Shown here: piece by piece, positions 1 to 9,177 of the stretch
Numbering within the stretch: position 1 is the stretch's first letter
Layout: every line of letters begins with the position of its first letter
Source of the DNA: Oculatellaceae cyanobacterium bins.114
GTDB taxonomy: Bacteria > Cyanobacteriota > Cyanobacteriia > Elainellales > Elainellaceae
Assembly (NCBI GenBank): GCA_033764315.1
Contig: JANRJA010000191.1
Location: forward strand, 1-64,000
Reading direction: 5' to 3'
Length of the DNA: 64,000 nucleotides
Translations under genes and position numbers: made by a program
The notes under the pieces: generated by a model
The model's input: only the letters and a program-made list of their open reading frames with translations
Told to the model about the DNA's origin: nothing
Databases searched by the model: none

Positions 1-66
1 AGCATACAGTTGGCAATACTCATCGACAAAGCGAATCGTTGGTCGAGCCTCTCTTGACGCAGGCAT
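1..66 (-). CDS. IS701-family transposase, N-terminal 22 codons (partial)
   Basis: Hand translation MPASREARPTIRFVDEYCQLYA; frame open to the window edge. Confidence 0.7.
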   Translation of the reverse strand, partial: MPASREARPTIRFVDEYCQLYA

Positions 67-137
67 AGGATTCCTGGCACCCTCTCAAATGGTCTATCCC
101 TATTCTAAATTCCTCTCATTAATGTGACCAAAGAGGG
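1..137 (-). mobile_element. IS701-family insertion sequence, left end (partial; continues left of the window)
   Basis: Minus-strand ATG at 66 reads MPASREARPTIRFVDEYCQLYA, which resembles the N-terminus of cyanobacterial IS701 transposases (xPTVxFVDEYC). Candidate terminal repeat GTGACCAAAGAGGG at 124-137, followed by TTAA. Confidence 0.7.
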
Positions 138-793
138 TTAATTTCAAAGGTAAAGCTCATTTTATAGAATGGGCATCAATTACACAGGTCAAACCATTCA
201 ATTTAATGGGCATCAAATATCTATTGGTGTTCTCGACCCACCTTTTAAAGCCACTTTGGGTTCATTTAGAGTTAAACAACTTCAAACAATTTAGACACTT
301 AGTGTTTGAGTACGCCGGGGAAAACCATCTCCTAACCAAAGGATTGCAAGGGGAGTTTCCTACTTACTCAGAATCAGAAAGAATTCTGGATCAAATCAAA
401 TTAGGATTTGAGGCTTCTCGATTCATTGCAGGGTTAGTTGCTATTAGAGTGATGCTGCGATTGTTACGGAGCTATGAGCCTACCACTGCCATTATTTCAC
501 TTCCATTTGTGGCTCTTCTTTTCGGTTTGTCCTATGGGATTTACAAAAAGAATTACCTTGCGGCGATCGCCTATCTTGGAATTTATTTGTTAAATGTCGT
601 AGTTCGCCTAATCTATCTCTTCATCTACTCAGAAGGTTATCCTTTTGGTTGGGGAAGCTTTGTTGTTGGTGTTGTGTTCTTCACTGTTTTTGTAGTTCCA
701 GTTGTTGTCTGTCTGATTGAAGGCGTAAAGGGTACGTTAGCTTACGATCGCCTGGTAAATTCTCGTGATTCCAGACAAATTAACGAAGGTTAA
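138..793 (+). pseudogene. Hypothetical membrane protein, probably 5'-truncated by the IS
   Basis: The frame of ORF 206..793 stays open upstream to the IS end (NFKGKAHFIEWASITQVKPFNL-MGIKYL...). About 4 hydrophobic helices in the C-terminal half. Confidence 0.5.
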
Positions 794-806
794 TTGAAGG
801 TTTCAT

Positions 807-835
807 CTCCCCGGTTGCTTGAAGTAGTCGGGGAG
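807..835. repeat. 29-bp REP-like palindrome
   Basis: CTCCCCGGTTGCTTGAAGTAGTCGGGGAG between convergent genes; near-identical copy at 1953-1981. Confidence 0.7.
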
Positions 836-1264
836 CTAGTTGCCAAACGGTTTTACCCATTTTTGAGCGATCGCCAAGTTAAGAACCTGTTGGGCGATCG
901 CAAACAACACAATATTTTGCATCACCACACTGCCCCAATCGATGAGTTGATCGAGGGCGATCGCATCTACGTGCAGATCAATCTGAGCTAATCCGCGAAT
1001 CACTCCAAATGCCAAAATGGCACCCGATTTTAAGTGAGAATTGTCATCTTGCCGAACAATGTAGCGGTAACTAACTCCAAACAAAAAGCCAGTGACGAGG
1101 GCGATCGCTCCCTCAAGTAAGGTCGATAGCTGAATCGTCAGCCCCCACGAGACTTTCTCTTGAAACAGGGGCACGATCAACGCCAGTACAAAAGCGGCCA
1201 GACCTGTGGCGATCGCGCCAACAGTGCCTGCTTTTAAGGATTCAATCCGTTCTAAATCTGACAT
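836..1264 (-). CDS. Conserved cyanobacterial hypothetical membrane protein
   Basis: MSDLERIESLKAG...YRYIVRQDDNSHLKSGAILAFG; several TM segments; ATG at 1264 directly after the vapC stop. Confidence 0.7.
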   Translation of the reverse strand: MSDLERIESLKAGTVGAIATGLAAFVLALIVPLFQEKVSWGLTIQLSTLLEGAIALVTGFLFGVSYRYIVRQDDNSHLKSGAILAFGVIRGLAQIDLHVDAIALDQLIDWGSVVMQNIVLFAIAQQVLNLAIAQKWVKPFGN

Positions 1265-1266
1265 TG

Positions 1267-1674
1267 TTAAGGTTGACTCCAATCTTCCCACTCTAAGCCT
1301 ACAATCCGATTAAAATGACGTTGATTGTGAGTGATGAGAGTAAGATTGTTGGCGATCGCAACACCCGCAATCAGAAGGTCAATGTCATCTATAGGAGTTC
1401 CGTCACGGCGCAATTGAGCATAGAGGTCTGCTGAAAGGGTGACTGATTCTGGAGTGAGGGGTAAAGTAGTATTTTGAGCAGCAAATTCTAGAAATAAGGA
1501 CAGTTGCCGTTGAGCATCACGGTGTTTCAACCCACTCAAAATTTCATAGTATGTAATGATGCTCAAGCTGATTTGTTGATATTCAACTAGATACGCCTCG
1601 AAGTGGGAAATGACGGTTGGATTACCTCAAAAGAAGAGAGATAGGATATCAGTATCAACCAGGGCTGGCTTCAC
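1267..1674 (-). pseudogene. vapC: VapC/PIN-domain toxin with a premature stop at codon 16
   Basis: GTG at 1674 gives MKPALVDTDILSLFF*GNPTVISHFEAY...SIITYYEIL...DDIDLLIAGVAIANNLTLITHNQRHF. The PIN acidic motifs are present; in-frame TGA at 1629-1627. Confidence 0.85.
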
Positions 1675-1918
1675 GACTTTGCCTCTGAGAAAATGCTTGC
1701 TGACGACGCGAGGAGATGTCGTCTAAGAACTCTGTAAATGTTTCGTTGGGTAAGTCATTCCAACAACCTGCAAACTCAAGAATCGACCGAGATTGAGTGT
1801 TGACAGGTTCTACACGAAGTCTGAAAGTATGGATCAGCGCAAGCAGTTCCCTTAACCTGTTATCTGGAACGTGCTGAATCTCCTGCCAAACTTCGGTTCT
1901 TAAATCTGAACTGCTCAT
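1655..1918 (-). CDS. Putative antitoxin (DUF2281-like) upstream of and overlapping vapC
   Basis: 87 aa; EIQHVPDNRLRELLALIHTFR and FAGCW motifs; 20-nt overlap with the PIN gene, typical of a TA operon. Confidence 0.7.
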   Translation of the reverse strand: MSSSDLRTEVWQEIQHVPDNRLRELLALIHTFRLRVEPVNTQSRSILEFAGCWNDLPNETFTEFLDDISSRRQQAFSQRQSREASPG

Positions 1919-1952
1919 TCGCTGACTTCCTCAACAGATTAGGTTTATTCAG

Positions 1953-1981
1953 CTCCCCGGTTGCTTAAAGCAACCGGGGAG
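1953..1981. repeat. 29-bp REP-like palindrome
   Basis: CTCCCCGGTTGCTTAAAGCAACCGGGGAG, a near-perfect hairpin. Confidence 0.75.
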
Positions 1982-1991
1982 TTAAGGTGAT

Positions 1992-4982
1992 TTAGCGAGC
2001 CTCTCCCACGATTTCGCGGAACCACTCATCTTTCCAAACTTCCTCGAAGCTGTCATCCGCCTTTGCCTCCTGGCGATATTTGGGGTTCAGCCCGATCGCC
2101 TGTTGCAAACTACCCAATGCCAGGTCAGATTTGCCTTGCAGTGCGTAAGACACGGCTTTGTTGTAATGGGCACTGGCGTAATCGGGCTTGAGCTCGAGGG
2201 CGCGATCAAAGCTGGCGATCGCTTCTCGATCCCGTCCCAGTTGCACTAGGGCTGCCCCTTTTTTGTCAATTGCTTTGTAAGAGTCGGGGTTAATCCGCAA
2301 TACCTGATCAAAGGCGGCCAAGGCATCCTCATACCGTTCTAGCGTTTCCAGTGCCATGCCTTTATTGAGCCATGCAGTGGCATCATTTGGATCAACTTGG
2401 GTTGCTCGGTCAAAGGCAGCGAGGGCTTCCTCATGGCGTTGCAGAGTTCCCAGGGCAACTCCCCGGTTCACCAGTGCCTCGTGATAGTCAGACTTAAGTT
2501 CCAGGGCTTTGTCAAAGGCAACGATCGCATCTTCAGTGCGCTTCAAACGGTTCAGGGTGATGCCGCGATTGAGCCAGACTTTGTGATCACTGGGTTGTCG
2601 CTCGACCGCCTGGTCAAAGGCAGTGAGGGCTTCTTTGTAACTCTTTAACTCCCGCAGAGAGATGCCGCGATGATAGGGAATTTCAGCGTGTTCAGGGTTC
2701 AGTGCCAGGGCGCGATCGAGGGCAATAATGGCTTGTTCGTGCTGCTGCAACTCTTGCAACGCCAGACCGCGACGATACCACACGTCGGCATTATTGGGCT
2801 GCACCTTGACCACCTCTTCGTATTGGGCGATCGCCTCTTTATAGCGTCCCTCCGCAAACAGCGCATCCCCCTGATTGATGTAGCTTTGCGCTGTCATAAA
2901 CAGCTTAGGATTGTTAGCGCGAATGATGTCCAGTTGCTCCATCAGCGATCGCAGTTTTTCCTGTTCCTCACTCATAAAGGATTCAGCGATGAACTGGGGT
3001 GAAATTTCTGCCAACTGCTTTAAGATCTGGTCTTTCTGCACTTGAGCATCGGTTTGAATGTGGATCAGTTGCTCAGACAAGTCAGTGGCAAGTTTGCCAA
3101 AGTTTTGAACAGCAACATCCTGTTGCTTTTGCACCCCCGATTCGAGTTCCGACAACTTCGCCGTGAACTTGGCTTCGAGTTGCTCGACTTTTTGCCGCAG
3201 CACATCTCGTTGCGATCGGGTGTCGTCCTTCAGTTCAGTGAGTTGAGCGATCACATCCGTTTCGAGCTTGCTCAATGCCTCTAATAACAGCTCTTTGCGC
3301 CCATCAGCGGTAGAGCGCAACTCTGACAATTGGTTGCCAAACTCTGCCTCTAACCGTTGCAAAGTTTGCAGGGTGACATCTTTTTGCCCTTGCACCTCAG
3401 TCTGAATCTCGGCAAACTGTCCTGTGAAATCGATCGCGACCTGTTGCAACTGCTGAATGGTGCTGTCTTTTTGCCCCTGCACATCCGCTTGAATTCCGGC
3501 AAATTGTCCTGTGAAGTCAGCCGCCGCTCGCTGCAATTGCTGAATGGTGCTGTCTTTTTGCCCCAACACTTCTGCCTGAATGCCCGAAAATTGGCTGGTG
3601 AAATCAGAGGAAACTTTTTCTAAATAGCCTAGAGTGCCCTCTTTTTGAGACTGCACCTCGGCTTGCAAGCCCGAAAACTGAGCCGTGAACTCAGTAGCAA
3701 CCCGCCGCAGGTCTTGCAGAATGCTGTTCTTTTGCTGCTGAATGTCGGCTTGCAGCCCAGAGAATTGCCCAATGAACTCAGTTGCCGATCGCTGCAATTG
3801 CTGAATGGTGCTATCTTTTTGGAATCGAGCATCCGACTGTAACGTATTCAGTTGGTTTGAGAAGTCAGCGATCGCCCTCTGAAAGTCTTGCAACGCCAAA
3901 TCCCGATGTCCATACAAGTCAGACTTGAGGCTCGACACCTCACCCACAAAGTCAGATTCTAGCTTCCGTAGGTAGTCTAAAATCAGATCTTTTTGTTGAA
4001 TGATGCGGGTTTCAGCCCCCTGACGCACCTCGTTCAGTTGCGGCGTGATATCGGCTTCGAGTTTGTTGAAGTGCTCAAATACCTGGTCGCGCCGTTCGGT
4101 TGTGCCAGACTGAAGTTGCCACAGTTGCGCCACAAACTCATCTTTGCGAGCCGTTGCTACCACTTGCAGATCCCGGAGCTGGGCTGCCAGTTCATCTTTT
4201 TGGGCAACAGCATGCGATCGCACCTCACCCAGATAGCGGTTGAACTCGTCTTGATGGGTCGCTGCCGTCTTTTGCACCTCGGCTAAGCCTGCTCCAAACG
4301 CCACCTCTGATTGCTCCAGGTTTGCCAGGGTCAGGTCAGCTTTCTCCTGACTTGCCCGGTGCAGTGCTTCCAGTTGATCGGCAAACTCAGACTGCGAGAT
4401 CCCCATTTTGTCTTTAGCTGCCGTGACTTGAGCCGTCAAATCTGCCAGAGTCTTTTCTTTGAGCTTGTTAAAGTCACCCAACAGTTTGGCGATCGCCTCC
4501 CGTTTTTCCTTCACCTCAGTTTGAAACTCGTCTGCCTCACCGCTCAACTCATCGGCAATATCTTCAGCATCCCGCAAAACTTCGTTGACGCTCTTGGTGG
4601 CTTGTTTGATCTGTGCTTCCAGATCTGACAGCTCATTCAGGTGAGCTTTGACCGCATCCGCGACTTCTCGCACCACAGCTCGTCGCAAAATTACCAGAGT
4701 GGCGATCGCTCCCCCAATTAACAGTGCCAAAGCGGCCAACAGAACATTGAATAGAATAATGGTGCGATTAAAGGCTTGTCGGGCATCGGCTTGTAACTGA
4801 TCGAGTTCAGCCTGGTCAGCAGAACCAGCCTGGGCGATCGTCCACTGAAGTTTTTCGGGTGACGATGACGGCTCAGCATGGGCAACCCCGACCGACAGCA
4901 AAACAGCAGCCAGTGCAATACCGCTCTGCAACAGGTGTGCTAACAATGCTGGGTTCTTACGCTTCATTGGGGTCATCCTCAT
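1992..4982 (-). CDS. Membrane-anchored long coiled-coil protein with C-terminal TPR array
   Basis: Signal-like N-terminus (VAHA/EP), a TM helix, about 600 aa of helical repeats, then about 8 TPRs (e.g. VWYRRGLALQELQQHEQAIIALDRALALNP). The start could be 4976 or 4967. Confidence 0.88.
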   Translation of the reverse strand: MRMTPMKRKNPALLAHLLQSGIALAAVLLSVGVAHAEPSSSPEKLQWTIAQAGSADQAELDQLQADARQAFNRTIILFNVLLAALALLIGGAIATLVILRRAVVREVADAVKAHLNELSDLEAQIKQATKSVNEVLRDAEDIADELSGEADEFQTEVKEKREAIAKLLGDFNKLKEKTLADLTAQVTAAKDKMGISQSEFADQLEALHRASQEKADLTLANLEQSEVAFGAGLAEVQKTAATHQDEFNRYLGEVRSHAVAQKDELAAQLRDLQVVATARKDEFVAQLWQLQSGTTERRDQVFEHFNKLEADITPQLNEVRQGAETRIIQQKDLILDYLRKLESDFVGEVSSLKSDLYGHRDLALQDFQRAIADFSNQLNTLQSDARFQKDSTIQQLQRSATEFIGQFSGLQADIQQQKNSILQDLRRVATEFTAQFSGLQAEVQSQKEGTLGYLEKVSSDFTSQFSGIQAEVLGQKDSTIQQLQRAAADFTGQFAGIQADVQGQKDSTIQQLQQVAIDFTGQFAEIQTEVQGQKDVTLQTLQRLEAEFGNQLSELRSTADGRKELLLEALSKLETDVIAQLTELKDDTRSQRDVLRQKVEQLEAKFTAKLSELESGVQKQQDVAVQNFGKLATDLSEQLIHIQTDAQVQKDQILKQLAEISPQFIAESFMSEEQEKLRSLMEQLDIIRANNPKLFMTAQSYINQGDALFAEGRYKEAIAQYEEVVKVQPNNADVWYRRGLALQELQQHEQAIIALDRALALNPEHAEIPYHRGISLRELKSYKEALTAFDQAVERQPSDHKVWLNRGITLNRLKRTEDAIVAFDKALELKSDYHEALVNRGVALGTLQRHEEALAAFDRATQVDPNDATAWLNKGMALETLERYEDALAAFDQVLRINPDSYKAIDKKGAALVQLGRDREAIASFDRALELKPDYASAHYNKAVSYALQGKSDLALGSLQQAIGLNPKYRQEAKADDSFEEVWKDEWFREIVGEAR
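3300..3821 (-). repeat. Intragenic 87-bp (29-aa) tandem repeat, about 6 units
   Basis: QKDSTIQQLQ-type units start at 3821, 3560, 3473 and 3386, all multiples of 87 apart. Confidence 0.85.
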
Positions 4983-5230
4983 TCAGGGTAGACGTGCGAT
5001 GGCTTGTCTTACTTAAGGTTAATCAAAGTTTGGTGTGGTTTGAAATCAATCCTTCATTAAAGTACTGCCATTTATTACTTATATCCCGTCTGAGTCGTCT
5101 AATTGACCTTTTTTCGGTTATCCCTACGAGGTTTAACCGAGTATATCCCTCTTCAATTTATGTTTAGTTTATGACACACGCTCGCTTTATTGAGAATCAT
5201 CGATTATGGCTCCACCCATCTCCCTCCTGC

Positions 5231-7063
5231 CTACTTTGACGGATCAGCTGGATTGATCTTATCCATGAGCGAGGCTTCTTCCTCAATATCCAGTGAATTG
5301 CCAAACCAGAGAGATTGTTGCGGCACCCCAATGGCAATGCCTGCTCGGTCAAATGCCAGTTTCAAGCGACGCCGATATTCTCGCGCCACTTCCCATTGTT
5401 TCAAAGGTTGGGTCTTGATCCACAACGAAATCGTGGTGCCCATATAATCGAGCTTGTCTACCCCTAAAACCAGTGGTTTTTCTAAAATCACCTCACGCCA
5501 ATAGGGGGCAGCACTCATCTCTTGTGCCACCTGATCAACCACGGCCAATGCCTTGTCAATGTCAGCGGTGTATGCCACATCGACTCGCAACGCCACCCGT
5601 GACCATTCTTTTGACATGTTTTGCACGATCGTGATGGCACTGTTGGGAATGGTAATCAATCGTCCCTCTTCATTGCGAAGCTGGGTGATCCGCAGGTTCA
5701 TGTTCTCTACCAGCCCGGACACATCCCCCACGGTAATCACATCTCCGACCCCATATTGATCCTCCAGCAAGATAAAAAACCCGTTGATGATGTCTTTGAT
5801 CAAACTCTGAGACGCAAAGGAAATGGCTAAGCCGATGATTCCGGCACCCGCTAACAGTGGCCCCACCTGCACCCCTATCACCGCCAAAATAGCGATCGCC
5901 CCACTGCCTACAAGCACAAATGCCACAACGCCTTTGAGCACCCGTGAAAAGGTAGAGAAGCGCAACGCCACCCGTTGAGAGGTTTCAGGGGCAAAACTGA
6001 CGCTGCTTTGAAACACGCTAAAAAAGCGATCGATCGACACCTCTACTAGCCGCACCACTAAATAGGTGACAAAGGCGATCGCCAGCATTTTGGCAGGGGC
6101 TTGCATGGCAACCAGCAGAGCCGCTTGCAACCAACGAGAGTAGGGAAATAATCCCAAAATCAGCAACACTCCACCACCCCAAATCAACACTTGCAATAAC
6201 TGCAACAAGCGGCGTTGAATATCATTCATGCCCTTGCGTTGTCGATTTTTGAGCTGCCGTTGCAACAGCGTTGTCATTGGCACTCCCGTCATGGAATCGC
6301 CGTTGACAACCTCGTCTGATGCTTGTGATATCTGTTGAGACTCGACCTTTGCCTGAGCTGATAACCGTTGTCGTTCACGCTGCAACAACCGTTGCCCGAC
6401 GGTGATCAGCAAACTAGAGAACAGCATCGTGACAAAAATACCGACGGCCCAAGGCACCTGCTGTCGCAAAAAAGCGGGTTGACGCTCCTGTTTAGCCCGC
6501 AGCAAAGCCTGTTCGATAATATCCGTCAGTTCGCCTGCCCAACTCTCAAGATCCGTCGCATGAATCTCAGCATCGAGCGAGGTGACAGTCATGATCTGCT
6601 CGGTAGGCGTTTTGTCTCCTGCTTTGTAATTGGCGTAGATGACAGGCTGGCGACTACTGGGATCGATCTCAAAATAGACCTCGAGGGAATTTGCCTCAAA
6701 CCCGCTAGCTACAATTTGTTGAAGTTTATCTTGAATAAAGTTGACCCGCAACGTCAGCGGATCTGCCGTCCCTGGAGATTGAGGAGTTGTCACCACTGGA
6801 GCGGCGATCGCAAACAGCCGATGCCCATCCAAACGCACTACATCACGAGCTACGGCATCTCCAGACGTTAAAAACCCGGTAAATGCGGGAAAGCTAAACT
6901 GAATTCCAGTACTCGGTGAAGCCTGAGTTGAGGGCGTATCGGACAGTTGTGCCCAACTCAAAGGAGCCGTCATAAGAACGGCCAGCAGCGCACCGCAAGC
7001 TAAAATTCTGCTTTGACTAAGCCATTTGGGACTGCGCTGACGCTTTGTTTGATCAATACCCAT
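5231..7063 (-). CDS. MscS-family small-conductance mechanosensitive channel
   Basis: LLAGAGIIGLAISFASQSLIKDIINGFFILLEDQYGVGDVI...GLVENMNLRITQLRNEEGRLITIPNS signature; large N-terminal periplasmic extension. Confidence 0.93.
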   Translation of the reverse strand: MGIDQTKRQRSPKWLSQSRILACGALLAVLMTAPLSWAQLSDTPSTQASPSTGIQFSFPAFTGFLTSGDAVARDVVRLDGHRLFAIAAPVVTTPQSPGTADPLTLRVNFIQDKLQQIVASGFEANSLEVYFEIDPSSRQPVIYANYKAGDKTPTEQIMTVTSLDAEIHATDLESWAGELTDIIEQALLRAKQERQPAFLRQQVPWAVGIFVTMLFSSLLITVGQRLLQRERQRLSAQAKVESQQISQASDEVVNGDSMTGVPMTTLLQRQLKNRQRKGMNDIQRRLLQLLQVLIWGGGVLLILGLFPYSRWLQAALLVAMQAPAKMLAIAFVTYLVVRLVEVSIDRFFSVFQSSVSFAPETSQRVALRFSTFSRVLKGVVAFVLVGSGAIAILAVIGVQVGPLLAGAGIIGLAISFASQSLIKDIINGFFILLEDQYGVGDVITVGDVSGLVENMNLRITQLRNEEGRLITIPNSAITIVQNMSKEWSRVALRVDVAYTADIDKALAVVDQVAQEMSAAPYWREVILEKPLVLGVDKLDYMGTTISLWIKTQPLKQWEVAREYRRRLKLAFDRAGIAIGVPQQSLWFGNSLDIEEEASLMDKINPADPSK

Positions 7064-7210
7064 GCAATACCAATACGCACCACACCCATTATGGAAAATA
7101 GTGGGTCATTAATATCCTTCCTTAGAAGCATCCTAGCTTGAACAGACGGGATCGTTCTTTAGAGGGGAAGGATTAAAAGCAGATTACGATATAAGAGTTT
7201 GGATGCTACT

Positions 7211-7309
7211 TATAGCCGTAGCCACATTCAATGAGGCGGAGGCGAGTCAGAAAGCTTTCCCAGCATCCGGGTTTGAGCCATTGCCTTAAGCTTTCTGACC
7301 AAAGCTATA
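7211..7309. mobile_element. Possible degenerate TATAGC...GCTATA MITE
   Basis: Starts TATAGCCGTAGCC and ends GCTATA in an intergenic region; same terminal hexamers as the elements at 31510 and 53984. Confidence 0.35.
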
Positions 7310-7356
7310 TTTTGGCAATCTAGCTGACCATTCCACTGCTCTGCCCAAACGACACG

Positions 7357-8952
7357 ATGGATCTAGCACCTGTTAAGCCCTCTTCAACTCCAGATGTGCC
7401 CTTGGTCAATCCATCAGACGGGGTTGTGCCTGCCGAAATTTCCCCATTGAAGGCTGGCTCAATCAATCCCAAAGTCTCAAAAGATGCAATTCGCACCAGT
7501 TTGAGAGCGTCTACATTGGACGGGGTCTTTGCAACAATCTTTTCCAACATTGCGGGGGGGGTTTTACTCAGCAATTTTTTAGTGGAGTTAGATGCCAGTC
7601 CGGTTGAGGTTGGCATGTTATCGTCGATTCCAATGGTGGCCAATCTGTTGCAACCCTTGGGGGCATATTTTGCCGATCGCACCACGAGTCGCCACTGGTA
7701 CTGCCTGTGGATTTATGGCCCCTCCCGGTTGCTCTGGCTAGTGCTGATCCTGGCGATCTGGCTAATCCCACACCAATTCACGGCTGAGCAGTTGGTCAAA
7801 CTGACCCTGGCGATCGTCTTAGCAAGCCATTTTCTAGGTGCGCTGGGCAGTGCCTCCTGGCTCAGTTGGTTAGCTGCATTAGTGCCCCGACGCTTACGCG
7901 GTCGTTATTTTGGCATCCGCAACAGTGCCGCTAGCTTGACTAATTTGATCTCTGTTCCCCTCTTTGGGCTGATTGTTTCTAACTGGCGAGGCAATTCGAT
8001 TCAGGGGTATGGAGCGGTTTTAGCTCTGGGATTGTTTGCCGGAATCGTCAGTTTGGGGTTCCAATATTTCATGGTAGATGTCGATCCTCAGGCTCAAAAC
8101 GCGGCTGCCCTCAAATTAGACGTCACCCAAGAAGCTGCGATTTCAGACCCCGTCACTGCTAACCCCGTCACCGCCAACCCCGTCACCGCTAACCCCGTCA
8201 CCGCTAACCTCGTCACCACTAGCCCCGTCACCACTGAGACTCACTCGATTTTGCCTCCAACAGAGACATTACTCGATCGCGACAATGTTTCTCCTGGGTG
8301 GTTTCAGGACTATAATTTTTTGCGATTTTTGCTGTATTTTGGCGGCTGGATGTTTGCGGTCAACCTCAGTGCTCCCTTCTTTAACCTCTATTTGCTCGAC
8401 AACCTTGCGCTTGATGTCAGCTTGGTGACGCTCTACAACAGCTTGACAGCTGGAGCAAATTTGTTGATGTTGATCATCTGGGGACGATTAGCAGACCGCG
8501 TTGGCAACCGTCCTATTCTGCTTTTGGTAGGCATTGCAGTCGCTCTGACGCCGCTGTTTTGGTTGGGTGCAAGCACAGATCATCTCTCTATCTGGCTCTG
8601 GCTGCCGTTATTACACATTCTTAGTGGTGGAACTTGGGCGGCGATTGATCTGTGCAGCAATAATATGCAGTTGGGGGTTGCCCCGATTTACAACCAGGCG
8701 ACTTATTTTGCGATCGCCGCTGCCATTGCTGGAGTAAGTGGCGCATTAGGCACCACTGTGGGTGGTTATTTAGCCCAATTTGCAGATTATGGGGGTTTAC
8801 CCGGTTTGTTTGCTTTGTCAAGTGTGTTGAGGTTGATTACACTCTTACCACTTGTGTTTGTTCATGAACAACGTGGGCAAACTCTGCGGCAGATGACCCG
8901 CCTATTGTTTTCAACGCAGTCGTCAGCAAAACCTGAGAAATCAAGTCAATAA
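7357..8952 (+). CDS. MFS transporter
   Basis: 12 hydrophobic segments in two halves; WGRLADRVGNRPIL motif A-like sequence. Confidence 0.9.
   Translation: MDLAPVKPSSTPDVPLVNPSDGVVPAEISPLKAGSINPKVSKDAIRTSLRASTLDGVFATIFSNIAGGVLLSNFLVELDASPVEVGMLSSIPMVANLLQPLGAYFADRTTSRHWYCLWIYGPSRLLWLVLILAIWLIPHQFTAEQLVKLTLAIVLASHFLGALGSASWLSWLAALVPRRLRGRYFGIRNSAASLTNLISVPLFGLIVSNWRGNSIQGYGAVLALGLFAGIVSLGFQYFMVDVDPQAQNAAALKLDVTQEAAISDPVTANPVTANPVTANPVTANLVTTSPVTTETHSILPPTETLLDRDNVSPGWFQDYNFLRFLLYFGGWMFAVNLSAPFFNLYLLDNLALDVSLVTLYNSLTAGANLLMLIIWGRLADRVGNRPILLLVGIAVALTPLFWLGASTDHLSIWLWLPLLHILSGGTWAAIDLCSNNMQLGVAPIYNQATYFAIAAAIAGVSGALGTTVGGYLAQFADYGGLPGLFALSSVLRLITLLPLVFVHEQRGQTLRQMTRLLFSTQSSAKPEKSSQ
8146..8235 (+). 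repeat. Intragenic 15-bp tandem repeat x6 (NPVTA)
   Basis: AACCCCGTCACCGCT-type units encoding DPVTA NPVTA NPVTA NPVTA NLVTT SPVTT in the central loop. Confidence 0.9.
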
Positions 8953-8991
8953 AGGAATTTAGGGCGATCGCATAAACGTTGATCTATAGTT

Positions 8992-9008
8992 GTGTGATGT
9001 AACACACT
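8992..9008. promoter_or_regulatory. CRP-family-like palindromic site upstream of the SPS-like gene
   Basis: GTGTG-ATGTAA-CACAC; also reads TGTGA-N6-ACACT against the CRP consensus TGTGA-N6-TCACA. Confidence 0.3.
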
Positions 9009-9177
9009 ATTTCTTTTTGTGTTGATAGGTTACGCTTACGACTATCGTCTCTTGCCAGAGCTGCACTAGCTATAGCGCATTCGCTATTCTGTCTTGGGGT
9101 AGTTATAACCCACCTATGGTGCACGATATTGTCAGCAGTGACGAGGCGAGATTGGTTAATTTTTTTGGGAATCCATC

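Noticed and set aside
794-991. ORF 794..991 and the many other short antisense or nested ORFs in the track
   Set aside because: They are shadows of well-supported genes on another frame or strand, with no recognisable motifs.
1627-1629. TGA as selenocysteine or programmed readthrough in vapC
   Set aside because: It is not a Cys-equivalent position and no SECIS-like hairpin is evident; a CGA>TGA transition is simpler.
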